Positions 20,342 through 31,843 of a stretch of 64,000 nucleotides of DNA are shown here, in pieces (within the stretch, counting starts at the first letter, position 1; every line of letters starts with the position of its first letter). A program made the translations under genes and the position numbers. Below the pieces are notes generated by a model that was given only the letters and a program-made list of their open reading frames with translations, was not told where the DNA came from and searched no databases. Source of the stretch: an uncultured Flavobacteriaceae bacterium (GTDB lineage Bacteria; Bacteroidota; Bacteroidia; Flavobacteriales; Flavobacteriaceae); assembly GCA_963704215.1 (NCBI GenBank), contig CAVPHK010000007.1, positions 10,823 to 74,822 on the forward strand, given 5' to 3'.

Positions 20342-22534
20342 TTAACCATCAGTTGGCATAAAAGATGTAAATGGCTGATGATAGTAACGCGTACCTGTCG
20401 CCTTATATAATGCGTTAGCTAAAGCACCAACTACAGGTGGTAGCATAGGCTCTCCCAAACCAGTTGGAGCAATATCGTTTTCCACAAAGAAAACTTCTAT
20501 AGATTCTGGCGATTGAGAATGTCGCATTAATTGATATCTATCAAAATTTGTTTCCTTAACCTCACCATTATTAAAAGTTAATTGACTATACATGGCGTGT
20601 CCAATGCCATCAATAACACCGCCCTGGACCATATTTACAGCCGCATCTCGATTCACTACAATACCACAATCTACAGCACACCAAACTTTTTTAACTTTTG
20701 GTTGACCATTTTCCATAACTATATCTAATACTTCTGCAACGTAAGAGTCATGACAAAAATATGCCGCTACACCACGATAAACTCCAGATTTTTTTTCACC
20801 CCAATTTGATTTTTCTTTAACCAATTTTAGAACGCCTGAATAACGTTCAGCTTCATAGTCATTTTTTTCACCAACAGGTTTTTTTATAACTCTTTCGAAT
20901 AATTCTAATCGGAAATCTATGGGATCCTTTCCTGCTAATTCAGCCACTTCATCAAGAAATGATTGCTCAGCTCCTGCAGTAAAATGAGACTTTGGAGCTC
21001 TCCAAGCACCGGTAGTAATATTGGTGTTCCCACTTATAGCACCAGCATAATAATTATCTACCGTTCCAGCAGGGAATCGATTAGTGAAAACTGAACTTTC
21101 AGGTAAACCCGTACCTCTAACTGAAAAAGCAATTAAATTATTGTTTTCATCTAAACCAGCTTTGTAAGTAGATAAATATGCAGGTCTATAGGTACCTTGC
21201 GTCATGTCATCTTCTCTGGTATAAATAAGTTTAACTGGAGCTCCTATTTTTTTTGAAATAGCTGCAGCTTCCACACCAAAATGCACGTAAAGCCTTCTGC
21301 CAAAACCACCGCCCATTCTTGTCATATTCACGGTTATATTTTCAATTGGCATGTTTAATAATTTAGACACCGATCCTTCAAGTGCCTCTGGTGTTTGTGT
21401 TGGACCTATTAATTCTGCCGAATCTTCTGTAACATTAGCAAAGAAATTCATAGGCTCCATGGTATTATGAGCAATAAAAGGAGAACTATAGGTGCGTTCA
21501 ATAACTTTAGTAGCCAATTTAAAGGCAGCTTCGGGATCTCCATCTGTTCTGCTTTCCTGAACAGTACCAGAAGTAAGCGTTTTTTTCATATTATTCATAT
21601 GCATTTCTGAATTTTCCAATTCACTTACAATGTCCCAATTAGCTTTAATTGCCTTTTTTGCTTTCATTAATTGCCAAGTGGATTCTCCAACAATAGCTAT
21701 TAGCTGAAGAAAACCCTTTTCATCAGACCAACTTGGCTCAGGTATAGCAATATCAATAATAAATGCATCTTTTACCCCTGGCATTGTTTTGATTTCTTCT
21801 TCATTGAAATCTTTCAATTTCATACCAAAAGCAGGCGGATGCTGAATCATGGCTATTTGCATCCCTTCTCTTTTGAAATCTAAACCAAACAACGGTTTAC
21901 CCGTGATTATTTTTTTGCCATCAACATTTTTGACGCTTGTTCCTATTAATTTAAAGTCCTTTATATCTTTAAGTTCAACTTCTTCGGGAATTTCGATACC
22001 AACAGCTTTAGAGGCTATTTCTCCATATGTAACGCTTCTTTCTCCATTATTTTCTTCAATAACTCCCTGAATTACACTTAATTCTGAAACAGGAAGCCCC
22101 CATTCTTTAGCTGCTGCTTCTAATAACATTCTTCTTCCCGCAGCTCCTGCCATTCGAAGTGCATTCCAACTTAACTTAATAGAAAGACTTCCTCCTGCAA
22201 ATTGATTTTGATAAAATCCTGTATTTAAAGGAGCTTGTTCAACTACAACGTTTTTCCAATCTACATCCAATTCTTCTGCAACAATCATGGGCATTGACGT
22301 CCGTACATTTTGTCCAATTTCAGGATTTGGAGAAAAAATTGTAACCATTCCTGTATCTCCTATTTTGATATAACCATTGATCTCAAACCATTCATTAGGC
22401 ACTGCAACCATTTCGGGTTTCGTATCGGATATACATCCAGTTAACCAACTAAATCCTATGAGCATACCTCCACCAGCTGCGGCAGAAACCTTTAAAAATG
22501 AACGGCGATTATATTGTGTTTTAACCTTTGTCAT
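20342..22534 (-). CDS. Xanthine-dehydrogenase-family molybdopterin-binding subunit (IorB-like), with Tat signal and lipobox
   Basis: RRSFLK, LTGC, EIGQNV, GGS, GGGFGRR, GAWRAP, GLGEP. Confidence 0.9.
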   Translation of the reverse strand: MTKVKTQYNRRSFLKVSAAAGGGMLIGFSWLTGCISDTKPEMVAVPNEWFEINGYIKIGDTGMVTIFSPNPEIGQNVRTSMPMIVAEELDVDWKNVVVEQAPLNTGFYQNQFAGGSLSIKLSWNALRMAGAAGRRMLLEAAAKEWGLPVSELSVIQGVIEENNGERSVTYGEIASKAVGIEIPEEVELKDIKDFKLIGTSVKNVDGKKIITGKPLFGLDFKREGMQIAMIQHPPAFGMKLKDFNEEEIKTMPGVKDAFIIDIAIPEPSWSDEKGFLQLIAIVGESTWQLMKAKKAIKANWDIVSELENSEMHMNNMKKTLTSGTVQESRTDGDPEAAFKLATKVIERTYSSPFIAHNTMEPMNFFANVTEDSAELIGPTQTPEALEGSVSKLLNMPIENITVNMTRMGGGFGRRLYVHFGVEAAAISKKIGAPVKLIYTREDDMTQGTYRPAYLSTYKAGLDENNNLIAFSVRGTGLPESSVFTNRFPAGTVDNYYAGAISGNTNITTGAWRAPKSHFTAGAEQSFLDEVAELAGKDPIDFRLELFERVIKKPVGEKNDYEAERYSGVLKLVKEKSNWGEKKSGVYRGVAAYFCHDSYVAEVLDIVMENGQPKVKKVWCAVDCGIVVNRDAAVNMVQGGVIDGIGHAMYSQLTFNNGEVKETNFDRYQLMRHSQSPESIEVFFVENDIAPTGLGEPMLPPVVGALANALYKATGTRYYHQPFTSFMPTDG

Positions 22535-22546
22535 GATTTCTGTCTT

Positions 22547-23002
22547 TTAAAGCTTTGAAGCCGTTTTAATCGCTTGCTTGATTCTTATATAAGTGCCACA
22601 TCGACAAATATTTCCATCCATACCATTATCTATGTCTTCATCAGATGGATTTGGATTATTCTTCAATAATGCCGCAGCATTCATAATTTGACCACTTTGG
22701 CAATAGCCACACTGCGGAACATCGTGTTCGAGCCATGCCTTTTGTAATGCATGGTCGCCATCTACAGATAGTCCTTCAATAGTAGTAATTTTTGTATTCC
22801 CAATAGACGAAACAGGTAAAAGACAGCTTCTCACCGCGGCACCATCAAAATGAACCGTACAAGCCCCACATTGACCAATCCCGCATCCAAATTTAGTTCC
22901 TACTAAGTCTAAATGATCTCGTAAAACCCACAAAAGTGGCGTATCATTATCCACATCAACAGCGTGTATTTTATTGTTGATATTTAAATTGTATTTCGGC
23001 AT
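22547..23002 (-). CDS. [2Fe-2S]-binding small subunit (IorA/CoxS-like)
   Basis: [30 protein letters not shown]. Confidence 0.93.
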   Translation of the reverse strand: MPKYNLNINNKIHAVDVDNDTPLLWVLRDHLDLVGTKFGCGIGQCGACTVHFDGAAVRSCLLPVSSIGNTKITTIEGLSVDGDHALQKAWLEHDVPQCGYCQSGQIMNAAALLKNNPNPSDEDIDNGMDGNICRCGTYIRIKQAIKTASKL

Positions 23003-23110
23003 ATCTTTTAGTTTTAGCTATAAAATTATCAATATCCCAATATTTTTAGGATAAAACTTTCACTATAAATATACGAAAATGAATAACTTGTTATAAATAT
23101 AAATTAATAT

Positions 23111-24067
23111 TTAATAGTTACTCATAAACTCAAATGCCTTATACTCATTATAATAAATGTTATTTTTACCAATAAACCCAACATGCCCACCATAATTTGG
23201 CATTTCTAGAAATATATTCGGATTGTTCTTTGCGTCTTTAACAGGGTAGCATTCTGCCGACAAAAAAGAATCGTTTAAGGCATTGATAATTAGGGAAGGT
23301 GTTTTTATTTGTGGAAGAAATTGAAGGCAGCTACATTTCTCATAATAATCTTCGGCATTTTTGAATCCATGTGCTCGAGAGGTATATACATTATCAAAAT
23401 CGTACAAGGTTTTTATAGATTCAATTTCTTTGATACTCAAATCTTCGGTAAAACGTTTTTGCTTAATTTTTAATCGGTCAACCAAATGTTTTTTGAACCT
23501 TTCGTGAAATAATACATTTTTAAAAGTATGTAATTCTTTAGCAGAACCCGATAAATGACAAGGTACAGAAATTGCTACTGCTGCTTTTATTTCTGTTGGA
23601 ATCATCGTGCGTTCCCCTAAATATTTTAAAACAATATTACCTCCCAAACTGATGCCTTTTAAATAAATTTCAGAATATTCCTTTTTCAAAATCGCATGAT
23701 TAATCACGGCTTCTAAATCTTCGGTAGCACCAGAATGGTAACTTCTGTATAGCAAATTATCTTCGCCACTGCAACCTCTAAAATTTACGCAAACGGCATC
23801 AATATTATTGTTGTTAAACAATTTAGCGGCTCCGGTAACGTAGGGTCTTTGCGCATGACCTTCTAAACCATGAAGTAATATGATGAGCTTATTTGATTTT
23901 TCGTTTGAAAAACTCCAATCTAAATCAATAAAATCGCCATCATCTAATATGATGCGCTCGCGTTCTTGGTGTAAAGTCACCTTGCGAACCAACCCTGAAT
24001 AAACGGTTGAAACAAATCCTTTTTTAAAAAAGAAAGGTGGTTTATAGGTGGATTCAATTACAGGCAT
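23111..24067 (-). CDS. YheT-family alpha/beta hydrolase
   Basis: HGLEG, GISLGG nucleophile elbow, GGHVGF. Confidence 0.88.
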   Translation of the reverse strand: MPVIESTYKPPFFFKKGFVSTVYSGLVRKVTLHQERERIILDDGDFIDLDWSFSNEKSNKLIILLHGLEGHAQRPYVTGAAKLFNNNNIDAVCVNFRGCSGEDNLLYRSYHSGATEDLEAVINHAILKKEYSEIYLKGISLGGNIVLKYLGERTMIPTEIKAAVAISVPCHLSGSAKELHTFKNVLFHERFKKHLVDRLKIKQKRFTEDLSIKEIESIKTLYDFDNVYTSRAHGFKNAEDYYEKCSCLQFLPQIKTPSLIINALNDSFLSAECYPVKDAKNNPNIFLEMPNYGGHVGFIGKNNIYYNEYKAFEFMSNY

Positions 24068-24100
24068 GTTAATGTTAGATGATTAGATGTAAAATTATTG

Positions 24101-25729
24101 TTAATTGTTAATTGTTAAAGATGTGAATTTAAAATCGGTTCCATTAAAAAGGCCTTTATCGCTTAATTTTAACGACGGAATTACTAACAAGGCCATAAAC
24201 GACAAAGTCATATAAGGTGCATGTAATTTGCTTCCTAATTGTTTTGCCATACTATCTAATATAGCATATTGTTCTCCAATAGTTTTTCCATCTTTATCAC
24301 TCATAATTCCGGCGACAGGTAATGATACAATTTTTGCTTCAGAATCGCTAACAGCACAAATACCTCCTTTATTTTCAATAATTAAATTAACCGCCTTACA
24401 TATAGATTCGTCGCTAACACCTACCAGCAATAATATTATGCGAATCATGACCAACAGACGATGCGATGGCGCCTTTTTTAAGTCCGAAATTTTTAATAAA
24501 TGCCACGGCTGGTTTTTCATTTTTATAGCGATTAACAACCGACATCTTCAATATATCTTTACCAGTATTTGAAACCAGATTGCCATCAACTATTAAGGCG
24601 TCTTCAATTAATTCGTTTGTAACTAATTGCCCTTCTAAAGCTTCTATAACCCTGATTTTATTAGCTGAAGATTCCAATTTAAAATCTGAAATTTCCTTTT
24701 TATTACAGTCGAAATTATTCAGGTTTTCAAATGATACGGGTTTAATTAACGATTCACCATTATTAAAAACCAACTCCCCATTTATATACGTTTGAAGCGT
24801 TTTAAAATTTGTTAAATCTTCAACTACAATGCAATCGGCAGTATCACCAACTTGCAATAATCCTACATCTAAGTTATAATGCTTTACAGGGTTAACACAG
24901 GCCATTTGCAAGACTTTAAACACATCAATACCTTTTGCCACAGCTCGAGCGCAAAGCTTGTTTATATGATTGATAATTAAATCGTCTGGATGTTTATCAT
25001 CACTACAAAACATCATGTTTTCAAAATACTCTGGAACCAAATCTATTAGAGCATCAAAATTTTTAGCGGCACTTCCTTCGCGGATTAAGATTTTCATGCC
25101 TTTTTGAAGTTTTTCTAACGCTTCATCATAAGTAAAACATTCGTGATCGGTAGTAATTCCAGCATTGATGTACTTGGTAATATTGTTTCCCCTTAACCCC
25201 GGTGCATGACCATCAACAGGTTTATCATATTTTTTTGCCCAATCAATTTTCTTTAAAACCTCGGCATCATCAAACAGAACACCTGGATAATTCATCATTT
25301 CCGTTAAATATTTGATATCTGGATTTTCTAAAAGGACTCTTACAGCTTCAGAATCTATAACCGCGCCAGCCGATTCAAAAGTGGTTGCCGGCACACAAGA
25401 TGGTGCACCAAAATTAAACTTAAATGGTACTTTTTTACCATTTTCAATCATAAATTCAACTCCTTGAACTCCTAAAACATTGGCTATTTCATGTGGATCT
25501 GAAACCGTTGCCACGGTGCCATGTGTCACTGCTAAACGCGCAAATTCACTTGGCACCAACATAGAACTTTCTATATGAATGTGGGCATCAACAAAACCGG
25601 GTAGAATATAATTTTTCGTTAGCATGTTCCTTTTCAAGAATTGAGGTGATTCTTCCTTCTTTCAAAAGTTATTTCACCTTTAAAAATGCGTTTGTTTTTA
25701 ATATCTACTATTTGCCCTTGTAGTTTCAA
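24101..25729 (-). CDS. ade: Adenine deaminase (frameshifts near 25640 and 24420)
   Basis: [50 protein letters not shown]; TTG start [10 protein letters not shown] at 25729. Confidence 0.88.
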
Positions 25730-25751
25730 ATTATATGTTTTTTATTAATGA

Positions 25752-25778
25752 GACACTTCGACTGCGCTCAGAGTGACA
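25752..25778. repeat. REP-like element (CTTCGACTGCGCTCAG..TGAC family)
   Basis: 19/22 identical to 13593-13614. Confidence 0.55.
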
Positions 25779-25780
25779 AA

Positions 25781-27093
25781 TTATTTCAATTCAACTTTTA
25801 ATATTTGTTTGGTGTTTTCAGTGACTTTAAATCTGTTGTCTGCACGCTTTCCTATCACCCAAACAATGTTGTCTTCAGAACAAAGTAACCATGCATTTTC
25901 TTTATCTAACAAAGAATATTTTTCGTCTTTAAAGTATTTACTTAACTTCTTTTTTCCAGTCATTCCTAGTGGATAAAAAACATCACCTTTTTCCCATTTT
26001 CTAATTGTTAACGGAAATTTTACACGGTCTTTGTCAATATAAATTACCGCTGTTTCGATTTTCTGATAATTGTATCTTCTTCATTAATTAAAAGTTCCCC
26101 AAAGGGCGTACCAACAACATTATCCGATTCCGCAATTTTTATAATATGACTACTATTATTCTGAATTTCACTTAGTAATAAACAGGCTCTATCTTTTATT
26201 AAACGATGCGTGTTGGATTGCACATATTTACCAGACTGCGCATCTAACAAAGCAAATACATCTTGCCATTCTGTAAAACCAAAATCTTTTAAAAGCTCGT
26301 ATAAATATGCTTTAGGATGACCTAAATTCTTAATTTCGTTAATATTCAATGAAAATGTATAATCGTCGATTGGCTTAATAACTTTAGGAATTACCTCCGA
26401 TATTTTATCGTCCACAATACATTTTGTTCTATTTAAAAACAATTGTGTTTTAGCAAAATTTTGTAATAACTGCGGGTTAATCTCTTTAAGTATGGGAATT
26501 ACATCATGACGCAATTTATTTCTTAAATATTTTGTAGAAATATTACTGCTATCTTCTCGCCAATCTAACTTATGCTTTCTCGCATAGGTTTCAATCTCTT
26601 CTCTTGTAAAACTTAACAGAGGCCTAACCACATTGTTATTAATAACCGGAATACCTAATAAGCCATCTAATCCGGTTCCTCGTGTTAAATTAATTAAAAA
26701 CGTTTCAAGGTTATCATCGGCATGATGTGCGGTTAAAATATATTCAAAATGAAGTTGTTCGGTAAGTTCGGCAAACCATTGGTATCTTAAAACTCTTGCC
26801 GCCATCTGAATACTTATTTTTTCATCCTTTGAAAATAATTTAGTTTCAAAACTTTCAATAAACACTTCTAATTCTAAATCTTCGGCAAGTTGTAAAACAA
26901 AATCTTCGTCGGCATCACTTTCTTTTCCGCGTAAATTAAAATTACAATGTGCCAACGCCACATTTAAACCAAGTTTACTGCATAAATGCGTTAATACAAC
27001 GCTGTCTATGCCTCCAGAAATGGCGATAAGAAGCTTACTCGATTTTAAGAACGAAAGCTTGGAGTTTAATTGGTCTTGCAGTTGAATAAGCAT
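25781..27093 (-). CDS. tilS: tRNA(Ile)-lysidine synthetase (frameshift near 26050)
   Basis: AISGGIDS, AHHADD, RPLL, REDSSN, RNKLRH; C-terminal GKKKLSKYFKDEK in a second frame. Confidence 0.92.
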
Positions 27094-27214
27094 GCCTCAA
27101 ATATACAACTTTGGCTATTTAAATACATATTATTGGTTATTTTAAAATGACAATCATCATACAAGTTTCTTAATAATTTAGTAACTTTAGAAATAGATTT
27201 TTAAATTAAAAATT

Positions 27215-27907
27215 ATGGGCTCAATAGATAAACTTAACGAAAAAGCAACACAAGCTGCTTTCGATAAAAAAGTAGTTTCTGCATCTCAACAACTACATCC
27301 TTATGTTAAACACCGCCTTTATATAGCACAATCTATGGGAGTTATACCAAAAAACATGTATTCTTCTAGTGGGGTTATTGATGAAGGTATCGCCAAATTT
27401 TATGAAAATGGGTACGACATTGATATTGAACCTAATGCTTTAAAACTAAAACTATTTAAGTTTGTTGATGACGAATTAGATGCTATTTTTAAAAAGGAGG
27501 ATTTTCATAAAAACACGGTTAGTACTAATGCTATTTTAATAGAAGAATTAGATGCTTTAGAAGAAAAATATACGATTGATGATGGTTTTGACTTTGTTAT
27601 GAATGATGAGTTAAATGATATTTCTTATCAACAAGACCGCAAGCACAAGCACTTGTTTGTATATAATGAAGATGAAAATTCTGTGTTATCGGCCTTTGAT
27701 GCAGATGATGTCGCCGAAAATAAATCGAAAGAATTATTGGGTGGCATTTATAGCTGGTTACCATTAAATGTATCTGGAGTTATTGATTTGCTAGTTTTTG
27801 GAAAATTAAATTTTGAAGAAATAGCGAAAGTAAAATCTATTGAAGTTAAGCGTGTAGAATTTATATACGAAGAGGTTAAAAACAAATTTAAAGACCATTT
27901 AGATTAG
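27215..27907 (+). CDS. Hypothetical protein with weak sigma-70 region 4-like C-terminus
   Basis: 230-aa ORF; LNFEEIAKVKSIEVKRVE resembles a region 4 HTH. Confidence 0.6.
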   Translation: MGSIDKLNEKATQAAFDKKVVSASQQLHPYVKHRLYIAQSMGVIPKNMYSSSGVIDEGIAKFYENGYDIDIEPNALKLKLFKFVDDELDAIFKKEDFHKNTVSTNAILIEELDALEEKYTIDDGFDFVMNDELNDISYQQDRKHKHLFVYNEDENSVLSAFDADDVAENKSKELLGGIYSWLPLNVSGVIDLLVFGKLNFEEIAKVKSIEVKRVEFIYEEVKNKFKDHLD

Positions 27908-29198
27908 TCTTCTAAAACCTGTCGCATTGCTTTGGCTTTAACCAAACATTCTTCATATTCTTTATGTGGGTCGCTTTTAGCTGTAATGGCGCCACCTACA
28001 GAGTAAGAAATGTATTTTTTTGTTTCATTATATAAAATACTGCGTATCACCACATTAAAATCGAAATCGCCTGTAGGCGAAAAATAACCAACAGCGCCAG
28101 AATAAAGTCCGCGTTTAGTTTCTTCTAAAGCTTCAATAATTTTCATTGCTGAAATTTTTGGCGCGCCGGTCATGCTTCCCATCGGGAAGGTGCTTTTTAT
28201 AATATCGATAGGATGCATAGATGATTCTACTTTTGATTTAATGGTTGAAATCATTTGATGAACCTGATCGAATGTGTAAATTTTACAAAGTTCTTCAACC
28301 TCAACACTGCCTTTAATGGCTGTTTTAGATAAATCGTTCCGCACCAAATCTACAATCATGATATTTTCGCTGCGTTCCTTATTATTATTCAACAAATCGG
28401 TTTTTAGTTTTAAATCTTTTACTTTATTTAAAGAACGTTTTGCAGTTCCTTTTATGGGTTGTGAAACGATTGTTGTCCCTTCCTTTTTTAAATAGCGTTC
28501 TGGAGAGGCAGACAGCAAATACTTATCGTTACACTTTAAAAATGTTGCAAATGGCGGGTTAGAAATAGCATTAAGCTTGTTGTATGTTTCTAACGGATTA
28601 ATTTCGGTGTTTTCGGCATAAAACTCCTGACAAAAATTAGCTTCATAAATATCACCGCGATGAATATGAGCTAGCATTTTGTTTATTTTTTCGAAATATT
28701 CGTCTTTGTGAATACGGAGTTTTATTTTGATGGGATTGTTGACTTTGTTGATATGTTGATTCGTTGATCTGTTTAATCTCTTTCAAATCATTTTCAAAGG
28801 CATCATCAACCATTTTTAAATACTGCATTTCAACCTTATTTCCTTTAATAAAGAATAGTTTTTTTGGTTGAAAAAAATATAAATCTGGAAATTCCAATCC
28901 GTCGAAATTACTGGATTTTAAATTTTCAACAGCATTTTTTAAATCATAAGTCAGATATCCAAAAATCCAATCTTTTGATAGTGTTTGATACTCCTTTAAT
29001 TTGTCAAAAGCTTGCAAAAAAATCGGTTTGAATACTAGTAAACGCGTCAACCGCCAAAACTGCATCATAATTAGAATAATTTTGTTGATAGTTGTTAGAA
29101 TCTAACCATACTACGTCATCAAATTGCTGGCTCCAAATTAAAATCTGATGCTTAAAGTTATTAATATCTTCTGCGATATGGCTAAATGTTGTTCTCAA
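27904..29198 (-). CDS. pabB: Aminodeoxychorismate synthase component I (two frameshifts)
   Basis: WLDSN, FGYLTYDLK, GDIYEAN, SPERY, PIKGT, SENIMIVDLVRNDL, FPMGSMTGAPK across three ORFs. Confidence 0.85.
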
Positions 29199-29278
29199 AA
29201 ATAAATTTTAAGCTGTAAAGTTAGTCAGAATCATTAAAAAATGACAAATTTTGTACTTTAGTTTAATAATCACAGCAT

Positions 29279-30166
29279 ATGTTCACTTTAGAAAACAATC
29301 AACTTAAAATAGCGGTAAATAAAAAAGGTGCCGAATTGTGTAAAATTACTTCAGTTAAAAACAATACCGAATTTATGTGGGATGCTAACCCAAATGTTTG
29401 GGGCAGTTTTGCACCTAACCTATTTCCCATTATTGGCGCTTTAAAAAATGATACTTATATTTTTAACAATCAAGAATATAAACTACCAAAACATGGTATG
29501 GTTAGAAATAATGACGCCGTAGTTTTATACGAACAGACGGCTAACAGTTTAACTTTTAAATTGACATACAGTGATGCTACGTTAAAAATATACCCTTTTA
29601 AATTTGAATTTTTCATAACCTATAAACTTATCAATAATAGTATTGAAGTATTGCATACCGTTAAAAATGTAGATGATACGCCATTGTACTTCTCTATTGG
29701 CGGACACCCTGCTTTTAAATGTCCTGTTTTTGAAAATGAAGCTTATGAAGATTATTTTTTAGAATTCCAACATATTGAAAATTCTAAAACACATCTAATT
29801 AATATGGATAATGGATTGATTTCTGATAAAACAAAACCCATATTTAACAATACCAATAAGTTAGTATTAACCCATGATTTGTTTAATGAAGACGCACTTA
29901 TTTTTAAAGATTTAAAATCGAAAAAAGTAGCATTAAAAAGTAAAACTCATGGTGAAGTACTTTCTGTTAGCTATAAAGATTTTCCGTATTTAGGTATTTG
30001 GGCAAAACCAACCGGCAACTATGTGTGTGTTGAACCTTGGCTAGGAATTGCAGATAGCGAAGACACTAATCAAGATTTCAAAACCAAAGAAGGCATCATA
30101 AAATTAGAGGTGGGCAAATCGTTTGAAGCCAGCTACTTTATTGAAATTCATGAGAGTTTAGTCTAA
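29279..30166 (+). CDS. Aldose 1-epimerase family protein (LacX-like)
   Basis: GAEL, LFPIIG, KHG, GGHPAF, YLGIW, CVEPW. Confidence 0.88.
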   Translation: MFTLENNQLKIAVNKKGAELCKITSVKNNTEFMWDANPNVWGSFAPNLFPIIGALKNDTYIFNNQEYKLPKHGMVRNNDAVVLYEQTANSLTFKLTYSDATLKIYPFKFEFFITYKLINNSIEVLHTVKNVDDTPLYFSIGGHPAFKCPVFENEAYEDYFLEFQHIENSKTHLINMDNGLISDKTKPIFNNTNKLVLTHDLFNEDALIFKDLKSKKVALKSKTHGEVLSVSYKDFPYLGIWAKPTGNYVCVEPWLGIADSEDTNQDFKTKEGIIKLEVGKSFEASYFIEIHESLV

Positions 30167-30207
30167 ATAGAATTTTAAGCGTAACTTTGCCAGCTAAATT
30201 GCACACT

Positions 30208-31556
30208 GTGACTTTTCAAGATTTAAATTTAAATACACCATTATACAACGCCTTAAACGATTTAGGCTTTACTACACCAACACCTATACAAGCGGAAGCA
30301 TTTAATGTAGTGAGTTCTGGTACCGATATGGTGGGCATTGCACAAACTGGTACGGGTAAAACCTTTGCCTACATGTTGCCAATTTTAAAAAATTTAAAAT
30401 TTTCAACCCAAGAAACACCGCGTATTTTAATTTTAGTCCCTACCCGCGAACTTGTGGTGCAGGTTGTAGAAGAAATTGAAAAACTTGCCAAATATATAAA
30501 CACTCGAGTACTTGGGGTTTATGGTGGTACCAATATAAATACCCAAAAACAGGCCATTGCCGATGGCTTAGATATTTTAGTTGCAACACCCGGAAGGTTT
30601 TATGATTTAGCTTTAAGCCGCGTTTTACAGTTAAAATCGATACAAAAATTGGTTATTGATGAAGTAGATGTAATGCTAGATTTAGGTTTTAGACATCAGT
30701 TAATTAATATTTTTGATATTCTTCCAGAGAAAAGACAAAACATCATGTTTTCTGCTACCATGACTCATGATGTGGATGTGTTGATTAACGATTTCTTTAA
30801 AAGTCCGGAGCGAGTTTCTATCGCTGTTTCTGGAACACCCTTGAAAACATTTCGCAATCACGTTACGATGTTACTAATTTTTACACGAAGGTTAATTTAC
30901 TAAAATACCTTTTACAGGATACTGAAGCATTCAACAAAGTACTCATATTCGTTTCACAAAAACGAATGGCAGACCGTTTATTTGAGAAATTAGACGAATT
31001 TTTTCATGAAGAATTATGTGTGATTCATTCCAACAAAACACAGAATTACAGACTACGAAGTATTGAGCAATTTAGAAATGGTATCAATCGTATTTTGGTG
31101 GCTACCGATGTCATGGCACGTGGTTTAGATATTGATAACATTTCTCATGTTATTAATTTTGACACACCTGAGTACCCTGAAAACTACATGCACAGAATTG
31201 GAAGAACAGGTCGTGCAGAACGCCAAGGAGCATCTATTGTTTTTTCTACTGAAAATGAACAGGAATATATCGAACAAATCGAGGCATTAATGAAAATGAC
31301 TATTCCGAAAATAGATTTTCCTGAAGACGTTGAAATCTCTACAGAATTAATTGAAGAAGAACGTCCGCAAATAAAAGAACATTATAACCCAATTAAGCGT
31401 ACCGATGAAAATATGCCTGGTCCGGCATTTCATGAGAAAAAAGATAAAAATAAAAAAGAAAATTTAGGAGGGTCGTATAAATTTAAAATTGCTGCGAAGT
31501 ACAAAAAACCTAAAACTCGGGGGGATAAGAATTATAATAAACGGAAAAAGAAATAG
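30208..31556 (+). CDS. DEAD/DEAH-box RNA helicase (frameshift near 30845)
   Basis: TPIQ, AQTGTGKT, PTREL, TPGR, DEVD, SAT; then ARGLD and HRIGRTGR in the second ORF; GTG start behind TAACTTTG. Confidence 0.9.
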
Positions 31557-31622
31557 TATTCGGTGACAGTCACAGTTTTCAGGTGTTAGCGTTTTTATGA
31601 ATTAATATTTTAAGAATTATAA

Positions 31623-31649
31623 TGGATTCCTGCCTGCGCAGGAATGACA
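31623..31649. repeat. REP-like palindrome GGATTCCTGCCTGCGCAGGAATGACA
   Basis: ATTCCTGC-ctgc-GCAGGAAT hairpin with TGACA tail. Confidence 0.6.
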
Positions 31650-31655
31650 AAAATG

Positions 31656-31707
31656 ACCTAAAACTCGAGGGGATAAGTATTATAATAAACGGAATAAGAA
31701 GAAGTAG
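31656..31707 (+). repeat. Diverged direct repeat of the helicase 3' end (31508-31556)
   Basis: Encodes PKTRGDKYYNKRNKKK* versus PKTRGDKNYNKRKKK*. Confidence 0.9.
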
Positions 31708-31840
31708 GATTAGCGGTTACGTATCATAGTGCGGGTTTGTGTGCGAGGATTTCCCGCGGGAAAATCAGAAGCTAGCAAACGAGCAACGTCCTTTTGTTTA
31801 GCCTAAAATAGTAATTTTTTATTACTGTGTTGTAAACAGT
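31708..31840 (-). mobile_element. attC-like site 1 (degenerate)
   Basis: Starts 3 nt after the stop of 31844..32479 with ACTGTTTACAAC (minus strand); central GATTTCCC-gc-GGGAAAATC hairpin; ends ...AACCG/CTAATC. Confidence 0.6.
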
Positions 31841-31843
31841 TTT

